DNA of 50,941 nt from a virus (taxonomy: Duplodnaviria; Caudoviricetes): the IMG/VR virus record IMGVR_UViG_3300037863_000314, positions 1 to 50,941 of that record. One strand, 5' to 3'. The position numbers and the translations under genes are program-made. The stretch's first letter is position 1. The number at the start of each line of letters is the position of its first letter. Below the pieces are notes generated by a model that did no database searches, was not told where the DNA came from, and saw only the letters and a list, made by a program, of their open reading frames with translations. Below are positions 1 through 9,467 of the stretch, piece after piece.

Positions 1-265
1 GCGCAGTGGCGCCCGATGAATAATTTTCGGTAACGCCGTTGCCCCAGTCCACTGTGTACGCTCCGGCGACCGTGAACGCGGTGAAATTGGCCTGTTCGAA
101 TACGGCGATCAGGCCGACGAATTTCTGTTCAACGGCTCCCACCGTTGGCAAGGTAAGCCACGCCCTGTCACGTTGCCACGCGGTGGGGGTTGGACAGTTT
201 ATACTCTGTCCGGACTGATAAACGCAGATGCCGCGTGCAATAAAGTCTTCATACGAAATCGGCAT
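1..265 (-). CDS. Partial virion/fibre-associated protein running off the left edge (not in ORF track)
   Basis: ATG at 265 directly follows the TAA of ORF 266..1132. Open to the edge: MPISYEDFIARGICVYQSG...AYTVDWGNGVTENYSSGATA. YTVDWGxG resembles PKD/Ig-like surface domains. Confidence 0.7.
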   Translation of the reverse strand, partial: MPISYEDFIARGICVYQSGQSINCPTPTAWQRDRAWLTLPTVGAVEQKFVGLIAVFEQANFTAFTVAGAYTVDWGNGVTENYSSGATA

Positions 266-1132
266 TTAAAAAGCCCTCCATCCAATAATGTTGTCGATAA
301 AGATAAGACCGCCGTGGGTCCGTGGCGTTGTGACTGTCATGTTGTCAGTTATGCTCTCGATTGATTTTCCGTTACGCTCAATCGTCAATGTGACGACGTT
401 CGGTCCGGTAATAAAGCTACAGCGGTCGCCAGCAACCGGCGACGCGGGAAGCGTGCCTGTTTGTGTTGCGTTGACGTATATTGGCGGCCCATTTGCGATA
501 AAATTAAACGCGCCAGCAGGCAAGCTCGAAGCATCAACAGGCGCGACCCATGTTCCATCACCTTTAAGGAAGGTCGTAGAGTTTGATGTCCCTGTTCCAA
601 GTCTGGCTGGCGCTAAAACGCCAGATGTAATCTTTGAAGCTGCTAGGTCTGGTATTCTTCCAACGTCAAATATTCCAGAGGTCACGTCGCTTGCGGGGTG
701 AGTGTGGGGAGTTCCCGCCGCAACGGCTGTGTCAACGTAGAGCTTGGTCGCGGCGTGACCGTCGACGGTCGGGGTCGTCACGGAGATCGCGCCGGTCATT
801 ACGCCGCCAGACTTGTTTAGTTTGGCGTCGAGTGCCGTCCAGGCGTCATCGAGAATGCCTTTAACCATTCGTAAAGAGACAGTCGCTGCACTTGTAAAAG
901 TGCCGGCATTTGTGTTGTCTTGAGCTCGAGTAACGGTAAGTGTGTTGCCTGAGCGCGCAGTCAGCTTAACAATTTCAATAGTGGTTCCTTCTTGGATTGT
1001 CAGATATGCCCACTGCCCGCCTGTTGGACTTGGGAATAAAGATCCGTCGACAACTCCGACTGAAGTAACCGAATTGTTGATGCCTGCAGAAAGCAGGGTG
1101 CTGGCGTTGTTAGTGAAAATAGGGCGGGTCAT
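266..1132 (-). CDS. Tail fibre/appendage-like virion protein
   Basis: N-terminus FTNNASTLL...EIVKLTARSGNTLTVTRAQ is typical of phage fibre anchor domains. Also has AATKLYVD, repeats ASDVTSGIFDVGRIP/ASKITSGVLAPARL and TTFLKGDGTW. Confidence 0.75.
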   Translation of the reverse strand: MTRPIFTNNASTLLSAGINNSVTSVGVVDGSLFPSPTGGQWAYLTIQEGTTIEIVKLTARSGNTLTVTRAQDNTNAGTFTSAATVSLRMVKGILDDAWTALDAKLNKSGGVMTGAISVTTPTVDGHAATKLYVDTAVAAGTPHTHPASDVTSGIFDVGRIPDLAASKITSGVLAPARLGTGTSNSTTFLKGDGTWVAPVDASSLPAGAFNFIANGPPIYVNATQTGTLPASPVAGDRCSFITGPNVVTLTIERNGKSIESITDNMTVTTPRTHGGLIFIDNIIGWRAF

Positions 1133-1142
1133 TCCAGCGTCC

Positions 1143-1808
1143 TTATTCGTTAAGTGCGTTTTTGTTTAGCAGACTACCGTTTAGCATAGGTGAAGATGCG
1201 TCTGCAACATTGGCCCGAGATTCGTTAAGTGCGTTTTCGTTCAGCAGACTACCGTTTAGCGTAAATGTGTCTGCAACATAGGCCGCAGCAATACAAGTAA
1301 AGGCGCCTATTGTAATGTTAGACGCGGCCATGATTTTGACCGTAGATGTCGACGTGGAAACAAAGGCATTAAGCGTGACCGCCGAACTGGCTTTTACACT
1401 AACACGGGCTTGAGCCAAAGATTCAAAGCTTCCAAGCATAACTGAAGAGTTTGCTTTGATCGAAAGAGCAGCAGTTGCTATTTGGGTAAACGTTCCGATT
1501 TCAATTTCGGAGACTGCTTTGACAAGAACAATACCTGTGCTGCTGCCTACATACTCTCCAAGGATAGTCTCGGCAGTTGCTTCCAAAATGGGGGTTGTTT
1601 TAGCGACGCAAGTGAATGCGTCTAGGCTAATATGGCTCGCGGCTCTGGTTTTTATCTTGCGCCGACGGCGCACCCCAAATATTTCGTTCAGGTAGCTTTC
1701 TGAAAGTTCGACAGGTCGCTCTGCAAGAAAGATCTCTTCACGTTGGGTGAGCTCTTTACGATCGGGGGACTTTGGAAACTCAAAAGGCCGACTGATTCGA
1801 ATGCCCAT
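1143..1808 (-). CDS. Repeat-rich putative virion structural protein
   Basis: About six ~21-aa repeats (e.g. IKANSSVMLGSFESLAQARVS) and a duplicated C-terminal LNGSLLNxNALNE; co-oriented with the fibre genes. Confidence 0.65.
   Translation of the reverse strand: MGIRISRPFEFPKSPDRKELTQREEIFLAERPVELSESYLNEIFGVRRRRKIKTRAASHISLDAFTCVAKTTPILEATAETILGEYVGSSTGIVLVKAVSEIEIGTFTQIATAALSIKANSSVMLGSFESLAQARVSVKASSAVTLNAFVSTSTSTVKIMAASNITIGAFTCIAAAYVADTFTLNGSLLNENALNESRANVADASSPMLNGSLLNKNALNE
1145..1280. repeat. 75-bp-period tandem duplication at the 3' end of ORF 1143..1808
   Basis: attcgttaagtgcgttt..agcagactaccgtttagc occurs at 1145 and 1220. Confidence 0.85.
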
Positions 1809-1835
1809 CAGACTAGCCTCAGCTGCTCAACAGAA

Positions 1836-1863
1836 GTTCTATAGATTCACGCGCGCGCGTCAA
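1836..1863 (-). promoter_or_regulatory. Possible sigma70-type promoter for the leftward operon
   Basis: TTGACG-16 nt-TAGAAC on the - strand, upstream of ATG 1808. Confidence 0.3.
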
Positions 1864-1897
1864 CTTGGCTTAATAAGGCCTATATATTACATTCACC

Positions 1898-1948
1898 GGC
1901 CCCTTCCTACCCCCGGCGCGCGCAAGCGCGGCCGGGGTAGGCGGGGCC
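1898..1948. other. GC-rich hairpin in the divergent intergenic region
   Basis: cctacccccggcgcgc-GCAA-gcgcggccggggtagg with flanking ggcccc/ggggcc. Confidence 0.7.
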
Positions 1949-2098
1949 TGTAGAAACTGAGGGGAGATATCCGGGGGGGATAAAGGACTTCTTTATGAAA
2001 CCCACGCGCGCGAGGCTGTCAATACCCAAAGTTTTCTTGACATCCGCTTTATCGAGTACAACAGCTCTAATTTATAAACCCCAATGAAAGGATCTCCG

Positions 2099-2455
2099 AT
2101 GACTTCGATGACGCCAACACTACAGGCTGGTGAGGACGCCGCTGCGGCAGTTGCCAAAACTGAAAACCGGGTCAAGCTTTCGGCGATGCACGAAAAAATT
2201 TCGTCAGTCGAATACGTTTATCCACAGTCAGCTCCGACTCTCACGATCGCTGTTGTTCTCCTGAATAACGGCTTTTCCATCATCGGCGAATCCGCTTGTG
2301 CAGACCCCAAAAATTTTAACAAAGAGCTGGGCCAAGAAATGGCTTTGGCCAACGCTGTCAGAAAAATCTGGCCGCTTGAAGGGTACTTGCTCCGGGAAAA
2401 ATTGTCTTTCGTTGACAAAGTTACCCGCAGCCTGGACGAAGGAGTCGCAACATGA
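2099..2455 (+). CDS. N4 gp49/Sf6 gp66-family protein (candidate Acb4-like nucleotide sponge)
   Basis: Signature TLTIAVVLLNNGFSIIGESACADPKNFNKELGQEMA...IWPLEGYLL. AAGGA precedes ATG 2099 (alternative start 2084). Confidence 0.8.
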   Translation: MTSMTPTLQAGEDAAAAVAKTENRVKLSAMHEKISSVEYVYPQSAPTLTIAVVLLNNGFSIIGESACADPKNFNKELGQEMALANAVRKIWPLEGYLLREKLSFVDKVTRSLDEGVAT

Positions 2456-2691
2456 GCCAGTCGGTTCAGCGCCCTTCTGCCGGCCGTATCGTGATGTTCG
2501 ATTCTCCAGATCGGGAGCAGCTGGGCCACTTTGACGGCCCTGTTCCAGCTATGATCACTGCAGTCCGTGGTTCCACTACCGTGGATCTCACGATCTTTCG
2601 GAACATGGCTCAGCCCCTTCTATTAGCTGATGTTGAGTTTTCAGATGATCCAACTGCTGGTATGCGGTGGTTCTGGCCTCCTCGCGTATGA
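2452..2691 (+). CDS. Conserved small phage hypothetical protein
   Basis: ATGA overlap with the previous gene and GGAG RBS. PSxGRIV...PAMIT...WFWPPRV pattern recalled from many phage proteins. Confidence 0.75.
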   Translation: MSQSVQRPSAGRIVMFDSPDREQLGHFDGPVPAMITAVRGSTTVDLTIFRNMAQPLLLADVEFSDDPTAGMRWFWPPRV

Positions 2692-2722
2692 GGCGAGTCA
2701 GATAACTTAGAGGCCCAAGATC

Positions 2723-3352
2723 ATGAAACTCGCCTTCTGGAGAAAAGATATGTCTAACTTCTCGACAATCGCTAAAAAGATGGACGACCTTCAGTCGGCT
2801 ATCAGCGCAAAAGACACTGAAACCAAGGACTTCGCGGATAAAGCTGTTGCAGCACATGCTGAGCGCCAAGCCCTCGAAGCAGATCTTTCAGCTACTCGTG
2901 CAGAGCTGTCGACTGCTCTGGATGCAATCTCGGGCTTTCTGGCTTCCCTGACGGTTCTTCCGCCTCTTGTGACCGCGGCGGACAAAGTTCATGACGATGC
3001 AATTGCCGCCGAACAGGCAGAGGCTAAGCGCATCGAAGATGAGCGTTTTGCTGAAGAAAAACGTCTTGCCGACGAGCAAGAACGGGAACGTCTGGCTAAA
3101 GAACAGGCTGCAGCTGATGCAGCCAGTGCAGCCGCTCAGGCAGAAGCCGACGCAGCCGCTGAAGCTGCATCTCCACTCTCGCCCCCACCAGCAACGCCTT
3201 CTGGCGCCTCTGACTTTACTGCCCCAGAGCCTGTTCGTGATGTCGAGGAAGTGGTTCTTGTGGACGTTGTTCCGGAGCCTGCTTCTGCAGAACCTGCAGC
3301 TCCTGCTATCGAACTCGATCCTCTCACAGGTCTTCCCAAGCCGGCTCTCTAA
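2723..3352 (+). CDS. Ala/Glu/Pro-rich coiled-coil hypothetical protein
   Basis: 209-aa ORF with RBS-like GAGG (alternative start 2750), followed by a terminator. Confidence 0.7.
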   Translation: MKLAFWRKDMSNFSTIAKKMDDLQSAISAKDTETKDFADKAVAAHAERQALEADLSATRAELSTALDAISGFLASLTVLPPLVTAADKVHDDAIAAEQAEAKRIEDERFAEEKRLADEQERERLAKEQAAADAASAAAQAEADAAAEAASPLSPPPATPSGASDFTAPEPVRDVEEVVLVDVVPEPASAEPAAPAIELDPLTGLPKPAL

Positions 3353-3373
3353 GCAAAGCAAGTGGAAAAAGAG

Positions 3374-3405
3374 AAGGGCGTCCTCCGGGGCGCCCTTTTT
3401 TCTTT
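3374..3405 (+). terminator. Rho-independent terminator (possibly bidirectional)
   Basis: aagggcgtcc-tccg-gggcgccctt followed by a T tract; A tract upstream. Confidence 0.85.
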
Positions 3406-3471
3406 AAGAGGCTTGTATTTTACAAAGACGATTAATAGACAACTAAGAGAAACCTAAGACATGAGGTAAAC

Positions 3472-4266
3472 GTGGCCAGGCTGAGTATCTTTGATGTTGC
3501 GAATATAACGCCTCCGCCTCAGCCGGCCGCTGTCGAAGTGGTGCAAGAGTCTTCAATGCATCAGGCCAAAGAAGAGCAGGAAGACGACGGGTTCTTTACC
3601 GCGGCAGAACTGCAAAGCGCATTGCCGGTGCATCTACGATCGAAAGTCACGCCGGCACTTGTGAACCGACTCAATTCGATCACTCAGGATCCCGCTCTTG
3701 CAGAAGAGATCCGAAATAATTTTGTCGGCTTCAACAACGTCATGAAAGACGGAAAGTTTAAGTTCGAGGATTATCTGAACGCGTGCGCATATTCGACGTA
3801 CAAGATGATGGGCTATACTAATCAGCAAGCTTGGGGATACACATTCCCGGATAAGCTCGCAAAGATGCGAGCTGAGAATCGGGACGACAATTACATTTCT
3901 GCTTTTGTCGCCAGCTTCTCAAAAGGAAAACTCGTCAACATAATTTTAGAACAGGCGATGATCCCATCGTTTGTTTTGAACCAGGATCTTTACCAAAAGG
4001 CGTTGAACATTTGCGCCGCAATGATGGTTGGTGCAAAGTCGGAGAAAGTTCAAGTAGAAGCAGCCAAAGCTATTCTCGAGGCTACCCGCGCGCCCGAGAG
4101 ATCGCAGGTACAGCTAGATGTCACGATCAAAGACACGTCGGGTATGAGCGAACTCAAACAGCTTTTGCAGGAAGTGGCGAGTACCCAGATCAAACAGATC
4201 GAAGGTGGGGCGATGACAAAAGAAGTTGCTCACAAACAAATGTTTGAAAAGAGCAAACCCGAATGA
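3472..4266 (+). CDS. N4 gp69-like protein (probable terminase small subunit)
   Basis: Directly upstream of and overlapping TerL. FKFEDYLNA..Y, NQDLYQKALN and SEKVQVEAA motifs recalled from N4-like gp69. Confidence 0.75.
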   Translation: MARLSIFDVANITPPPQPAAVEVVQESSMHQAKEEQEDDGFFTAAELQSALPVHLRSKVTPALVNRLNSITQDPALAEEIRNNFVGFNNVMKDGKFKFEDYLNACAYSTYKMMGYTNQQAWGYTFPDKLAKMRAENRDDNYISAFVASFSKGKLVNIILEQAMIPSFVLNQDLYQKALNICAAMMVGAKSEKVQVEAAKAILEATRAPERSQVQLDVTIKDTSGMSELKQLLQEVASTQIKQIEGGAMTKEVAHKQMFEKSKPE

Positions 4267-5894
4267 TGGATCCTTTTAAGATCTCCAATACGTCAGATCC
4301 TTTTGATGTCGAAAATCTCGAAGAAAAAAAGAAAACCGTCGATCATTGGCTGAACGAAGTAAACTACACGGATCTTAACTCAGGGAGTTATGTTCCTTCC
4401 GGATTCTCCCTTGTTTTTATGAACATGGTAAAGCTCATCAATGGTGAGCAAGGAGAGTCGCATAAGACACCGGTCGTGCATTTGAAAATGCTCGACAAAA
4501 TTGTTTCTCCGATTCACCGCATTGCAAATCTTTGCCACCGCGGTATTGCCAAGACGACACTATTTTTTGAGTATTTGATTTTCTTCCTTGCTATCTTCCG
4601 TGAGCTGCCTGGTTTTGGTGAACTCGATTCTATGATTTACGTGTCCGACAGCATCGACAACGGTGTGAAGTCTGCACGCAAAAACATCGAGTTTCGTTAC
4701 TATAATTCAGAGTTTTTACAGGAATGGCTGCCCGAAGCTAAGTTCACAGACAACTACATCGAGTTCACTAACAAAGACGGAAAAGTCTTTGGTGCAAAAA
4801 TGTTTGGTGCAAAGACTGGTATCCGCGGCACGAAGATATTTGGTAAACGCCCGAAACTTGCTGTGCTTGATGATCTTGTGTCGGATGAGGATGCACGATC
4901 CAAAGCGGCCATGCTGGCGATCGAAGATACCGTCTACAAGGGAATCGATTACGCCCTTGACCCTACTCGCCGAAAAATAATTTTCAACGGCACACCCTTC
5001 AACAAAAAAGATATTCTCTACCAGGCTGTCGAATCCGGCGCTTGGGATGTGAACGTCTGGCCTGTCTGTGAAAAGTTTCCATGCACTAAAGAAGAGTTTG
5101 CTGGATCCTGGGAAGATCGTTTCTCTTATGAGTACGTTCTCGAGCAGTACAACGACTCTGTAAAAACCGGAAAAATGAGCGCCTTCCTCCAAGAGCTTAT
5201 GCTCCGGATTAGCTCTGAAGAAGAGCGGCTTGTCCAAGATTCTGAGATTCGTTGGTATGACCGCCAAGCTATCATTCGTAACAGGGGCGCTTTCAACTTC
5301 TTCATCACAACAGACTTTGCCACGACAGATCGTCAGGCGTCGGACAATAGTGTGATTTCTGTCTGGGCCTACAACTCAAACTGTGACTGGTTTTGGGTAG
5401 ATGGTGTCTGCGGTCGCATGAAAATGCCGGACTCAATCAACGAGCTATTCCGCCTGGTGTCGGCCTATCGCCCCCAATCCGTTGGTGTTGAGATCTCAGG
5501 ACAACAGTCAGCTTTCATTGACTGGCTCATGGAACAACAGCTTCAAAGAAACGTTTGGTTCAATTTTGCCATGCAAAAAAACCGGCCGGGTATCAAACCG
5601 GTCCACAGCAAACTTCAACGATTTAACCTGGTTGTTCCTTGGTTCACCCAAGGCAAAATGTACTTTCCTGCTCAAATGAAAGAATCGGCTATTATGCAGC
5701 AATTCATTTCTGAGCTGTCTTTGGCCACTCGGTCCGGCCTTAAAGGCCAGGATGATTGCCTGGATACGATTTCAATGCTCGCTGAAATCAGCGCTTGGGC
5801 GCCCAGTGAAGAAGCCCCTTCTGTACCTACAGATGACATCTTTGGCGAAGACCCCCAGGATAATAGATCCACCATTGACTCGTATGTGGTATGA
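4263..5894 (+). CDS. terL: Terminase large subunit (N4 gp68-like)
   Basis: CHRGIAKTT Walker A variant, LAVLDD Walker B, GTP coupling motif, nuclease TDFA...QDDCLD. Confidence 0.95.
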   Translation: MMDPFKISNTSDPFDVENLEEKKKTVDHWLNEVNYTDLNSGSYVPSGFSLVFMNMVKLINGEQGESHKTPVVHLKMLDKIVSPIHRIANLCHRGIAKTTLFFEYLIFFLAIFRELPGFGELDSMIYVSDSIDNGVKSARKNIEFRYYNSEFLQEWLPEAKFTDNYIEFTNKDGKVFGAKMFGAKTGIRGTKIFGKRPKLAVLDDLVSDEDARSKAAMLAIEDTVYKGIDYALDPTRRKIIFNGTPFNKKDILYQAVESGAWDVNVWPVCEKFPCTKEEFAGSWEDRFSYEYVLEQYNDSVKTGKMSAFLQELMLRISSEEERLVQDSEIRWYDRQAIIRNRGAFNFFITTDFATTDRQASDNSVISVWAYNSNCDWFWVDGVCGRMKMPDSINELFRLVSAYRPQSVGVEISGQQSAFIDWLMEQQLQRNVWFNFAMQKNRPGIKPVHSKLQRFNLVVPWFTQGKMYFPAQMKESAIMQQFISELSLATRSGLKGQDDCLDTISMLAEISAWAPSEEAPSVPTDDIFGEDPQDNRSTIDSYVV

Positions 5895-5929
5895 GATTTA
5901 TTGAGCAGGCTTAGCTTGAGGAGATACCA

Positions 5930-6661
5930 ATGAGCCAGATACCGGTTAGTGAACTCCTCCGCCGCCTCGCGCTAGGTGAGCTGAAAAACCACAAAATGGC
6001 CTCTGCCAACAATGGGACGATTCTTGCCGCCGATCGTCCCCAGGTCATTATGGAAATTAACAATGCTTTGACGGAGCTCTTCACCAAATTCCTGCTTTCC
6101 CAAAAAGAGCTGGTTGTGAACACGGAAACAACGCTTACTCATTATTTTTTGAGATACGAGTTTGCTTTCAGTAATATTGCGTCGACGCAGCCTATCAAAT
6201 ACATTGATGATTCTGGCTGGGAAAACTGGGACGGCCGGATTGTCAAAATTCTGAACGTTTTTGACGCTCTTGGAAGAGAGCTTTACATGAACAAAAGCCA
6301 AGAGCCGCTTTCCGTTTTTACCCCTCAATACGATTGTCTTCAGATCTTAGCTAATCAGCAGACGGAAGACTTTTATGTGATTGTTCAGGCGCTACACCCA
6401 GCTGTGGATTACAACCCAGCGCCGGTAAATCCAGTAGTTAACACCATCATCGAGAATCTTCCGCCTGCTTTGGAGAAGCCTTTGGAGTTGCTGGTGGCTT
6501 CTAAAATTTATGGAAACATGAACGGAGAGGCCAATTTGACAAAGTCAGCTATTCTGCATCAGGCTTATGAGGCCAAGCTTGCAGAGGCTGAACTGCGTGA
6601 CACAATTTCCGTGAGCGAGAATGCCTCAAACAGCAAACTTGAACAAAACGGCTTTATCTGA
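5930..6661 (+). CDS. Head-tail adaptor (N4 gp67-like)
   Basis: LALGEL...INNALTELFTKF...KLEQNGFI and N4 synteny. Confidence 0.8.
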   Translation: MSQIPVSELLRRLALGELKNHKMASANNGTILAADRPQVIMEINNALTELFTKFLLSQKELVVNTETTLTHYFLRYEFAFSNIASTQPIKYIDDSGWENWDGRIVKILNVFDALGRELYMNKSQEPLSVFTPQYDCLQILANQQTEDFYVIVQALHPAVDYNPAPVNPVVNTIIENLPPALEKPLELLVASKIYGNMNGEANLTKSAILHQAYEAKLAEAELRDTISVSENASNSKLEQNGFI

Positions 6662-9294
6662 TGCGGATATCTTCTGGTCCATACCTTAATCCGTCGGGTT
6701 TGGTCGACAAATATCTGAGCCCGATGTGGGATCAGATTAAGCAAATCAATACGCACCTGCCCCAGGTAGCGCATGTTTCCTATTACCTGGAGACCCTCTT
6801 TAATCTCGAGCGAAATCTGGAGCTCTTGGCGGCTCAAAATATTGACCACCATATTCTTAAAGACATTCAGATTTTTCAGGGAGCGGGCGCGTACGAAGTA
6901 GCCATCAATGAAGGTTTTGCCGGCACAGTTGAAGACTGGCTGGCAAGTCTTATTGGACCTCAGGGGGATCCTGGGGTAATTGACGAACCGGCACTCTCTA
7001 CAATCCTTTCTGACATTGCAAACAACGCCGCGGGTATTGCAGCTCTGGTTCCAGTGGTTGTCGACCATACAGCTCAGTTTTCAAACTATGTGCTTGAAAG
7101 TGTATACGACACCCACGTCAACACTGTAACTACGACCCTTGCCACGCATGCCGCGGCGATCGCAGCACTTGGGGCTGTACCTCCGTTTGAGCTTCCCGTA
7201 TTGGAAGTAGAGACGCTGGCTTTGGGTGTGTTCAACAGCCAAATCAACTCTTCCCTTAGCGGGTTTTCTGCCGGCCTTATCGACGTAGAAGATCTGCTCG
7301 CAGCTCTTCAGATTAACGTCGATGATAACCTCTCTTCGTTTAACACTTTTGTTTTGAGTAATGCGACTGACATTGCTCGCATCACGGTCCTCGAAAGCAG
7401 TTCGGGTGGGCATGCTTCTTCTATTGTGGCGCTTGAAAGCGTCACTAATGATATGGCCGCGGTGCAGCTCACTCTCACTGCGGAAAGTGCTACCCACTTT
7501 TCCAACTATGATTCTCTGGTCATAGTGACTGATAATGCAGCCTCTCAAATTAATGCGCTCCAGGTAACAAACAACGCAAACGCTGCATCAATCACTTCTA
7601 TAGAACTGGCTTACGTAACCGAAGATGAAGCCCTTGCTGCATCTATTTTGGCTATCTCAACCTCTTTTGATGCAAGAGAAGCCACACTTACAGCCGATAT
7701 TCTTGCAGAACAAACTGCCCGAGTCAGCGCAGACTCAGCGGCTGCTACAGACAGAACTGCTATTAGGGCAGAGTTTAGTGCAGCTGACTCGGGTGTACTT
7801 TCAAGCGCAACTGCATTGGTTACTGCTGAGAGAACCGCACGTACAACAGCAGACTCAGCGGCTGCTACAGACAGAACTGCTATTAGGGCAGAATTTAATG
7901 CAGCTGATTCAGCTGTACTTTCAAGCGCAACTGCATTGGTTACTGCTGAGACAAGCGCACGTACAACAGCATTTTCTGCAGCCGCCTCAGACAGAACTGC
8001 TATTAGGGCAGAATTTAATGCAGCTGACTCGGGCGTACTTTCAAGCGCAACTGCATTGGTTGCGGGTGAGTCTTCTGCCCGAAGCAGCGCAGACTCGGCG
8101 GTTGCGGGTTTAGTTACTACGTTGCGGGCCGATTTCGATCGTGAAATCCGCCAAATTCTTCCTTGGCATTTTAACAGTGAGGGTTACTTCTGGACGACTG
8201 CATTTGGGGGCCTCCCTTCGGCAGTTGCAGCGCCTACCGACTTCACATACGTGGATGTTTCCGGAATAGGGAAAGTCGCCCAAGTTAGCGTCTTCCCTAA
8301 ATACCTTACTCCAAGAGGTGTGATTAAGCCATATATCGGAATGAAACTCCGACTTGAGACAAAAGTCCGGGCTACGGTTAATCCAACAACTGGCGCTATT
8401 TCAGTTAGTCTTGGTTCCGTAAACGGACTGAGTTCTGTCTGGGCGCATGGAGACCCTTCTTTCACTCCAAGTAATGTGACGGGATATAACGAAAGCGACA
8501 CTTCGCTTGTTGTCGCTGATGGTTGGGTGACAATTGCTCGGTATGTAACGTGTACTGCCATCTCTACTTATGATGCTAACTGGCGGCCACGGCTTAATCT
8601 GACTCACACAGGAACTGGCGGAACCGTTCAAGTTGCGTATTTCAACATTGAAAATGTAACCCACGCTGAGGGGTTCACTTCTGCATTGGTTGCGAGTGAG
8701 TCTTCTGCTCGGGCAACTGCCATTGGTGCAGTAGCTACTAATGTGACGACGCTCACTTCCAGCGTTGGAACCCTTTCTTCTACAGTCAGCACCCAAGCCT
8801 CAACGCTTGCTGATATTGAAGGAAACCTGCTCGGCAAGTATAGTATATCTGTTGATGGCGGTGGTAATGGAGCGTTTGTTAGTCTTGAAGACAGTACGAC
8901 ATTTGGTAGTGTAATTGAGATATCCGCGACTAAAATTAAGTTTAATGGCGATGTCCTCATTAATGGTTCTTTGCAAACTACAAAAGTAGCAGACAACGCT
9001 ATTACTCAAAATGGGAGTGCGGCCGCTAATACAGTAGCGTCGGTTGGGGCGTCTTTTACAGCTAGAGGCGGTACAGTGCTTATTTGGGCAAACTTCTATA
9101 ACACAGGAACTACTACCAGAACTTGGTTTATTAAAAGAAATGGAACAACAGTCAAAACTCTGACCGCCAACAGTCTTCCAGCTACACACCTTATGGCTAT
9201 TGATAGTCCTAGCTTAGGAAATGTTACATACACCGCAGAATGCTCAGTAACCTGTAACCTAATTGATATTCAATATTTAGAGATACTTAAATGA
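6661..9294 (+). CDS. Tail fibre/appendage protein with coiled-coil repeats, internal beta domain and J-like C-terminal region
   Basis: LVDKYL N-terminus, AYEVA..GF.GT...WLASL.GPQG motif, 40-aa repeats, Trp/Tyr-rich internal domain; position after gp67. Confidence 0.85.
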   Translation: MRISSGPYLNPSGLVDKYLSPMWDQIKQINTHLPQVAHVSYYLETLFNLERNLELLAAQNIDHHILKDIQIFQGAGAYEVAINEGFAGTVEDWLASLIGPQGDPGVIDEPALSTILSDIANNAAGIAALVPVVVDHTAQFSNYVLESVYDTHVNTVTTTLATHAAAIAALGAVPPFELPVLEVETLALGVFNSQINSSLSGFSAGLIDVEDLLAALQINVDDNLSSFNTFVLSNATDIARITVLESSSGGHASSIVALESVTNDMAAVQLTLTAESATHFSNYDSLVIVTDNAASQINALQVTNNANAASITSIELAYVTEDEALAASILAISTSFDAREATLTADILAEQTARVSADSAAATDRTAIRAEFSAADSGVLSSATALVTAERTARTTADSAAATDRTAIRAEFNAADSAVLSSATALVTAETSARTTAFSAAASDRTAIRAEFNAADSGVLSSATALVAGESSARSSADSAVAGLVTTLRADFDREIRQILPWHFNSEGYFWTTAFGGLPSAVAAPTDFTYVDVSGIGKVAQVSVFPKYLTPRGVIKPYIGMKLRLETKVRATVNPTTGAISVSLGSVNGLSSVWAHGDPSFTPSNVTGYNESDTSLVVADGWVTIARYVTCTAISTYDANWRPRLNLTHTGTGGTVQVAYFNIENVTHAEGFTSALVASESSARATAIGAVATNVTTLTSSVGTLSSTVSTQASTLADIEGNLLGKYSISVDGGGNGAFVSLEDSTTFGSVIEISATKIKFNGDVLINGSLQTTKVADNAITQNGSAAANTVASVGASFTARGGTVLIWANFYNTGTTTRTWFIKRNGTTVKTLTANSLPATHLMAIDSPSLGNVTYTAECSVTCNLIDIQYLEILK
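7729..8100 (+). repeat. Three near-identical 120-bp (40-aa) tandem repeats in the fibre shaft
   Basis: acagaactgctattagggcaga at 7751, 7871 and 7991; tcaagcgcaactgcattggt at 7801, 7921 and 8041. Confidence 0.95.
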
Positions 9295-9467
9295 TTTATT
9301 ATATCTTTATTAATGCTAGTAATTTAATTACTAAATACGGTTTACTTACTGCAAATTTGAATGAATTACCTGTTGGCGCTGTGGCAATAACTCAAGAACA
9401 ATATTTTACAATTGCAGGACACGCCTCAACTTGTAACTATGAAGATAATGAAGTGATCTGTAATTAG
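9291..9467 (+). CDS. 58-aa AT-rich small protein, possible fibre chaperone (not in ORF track)
   Basis: ATGA overlap with the fibre stop; MIYYIFINASNLITKYGLLT...CNYEDNEVICN*. Confidence 0.7.
   Translation: MIYYIFINASNLITKYGLLTANLNELPVGAVAITQEQYFTIAGHASTCNYEDNEVICN

Noticed and set aside
1915-1932. N4 vRNAP hairpin promoter
   Set aside because: The loop is a GCAA tetraloop rather than a C-GNA-G triloop, and the flanking genes are not early genes.
7729-8100. CRISPR array
   Set aside because: Contiguous in-frame coding repeats with no unique spacers and no cas genes.
1-9467. Diversity-generating retroelement or invertible fibre cassette
   Set aside because: No reverse transcriptase or recombinase, and no adenine-specific repeat pair or inverted sites seen.
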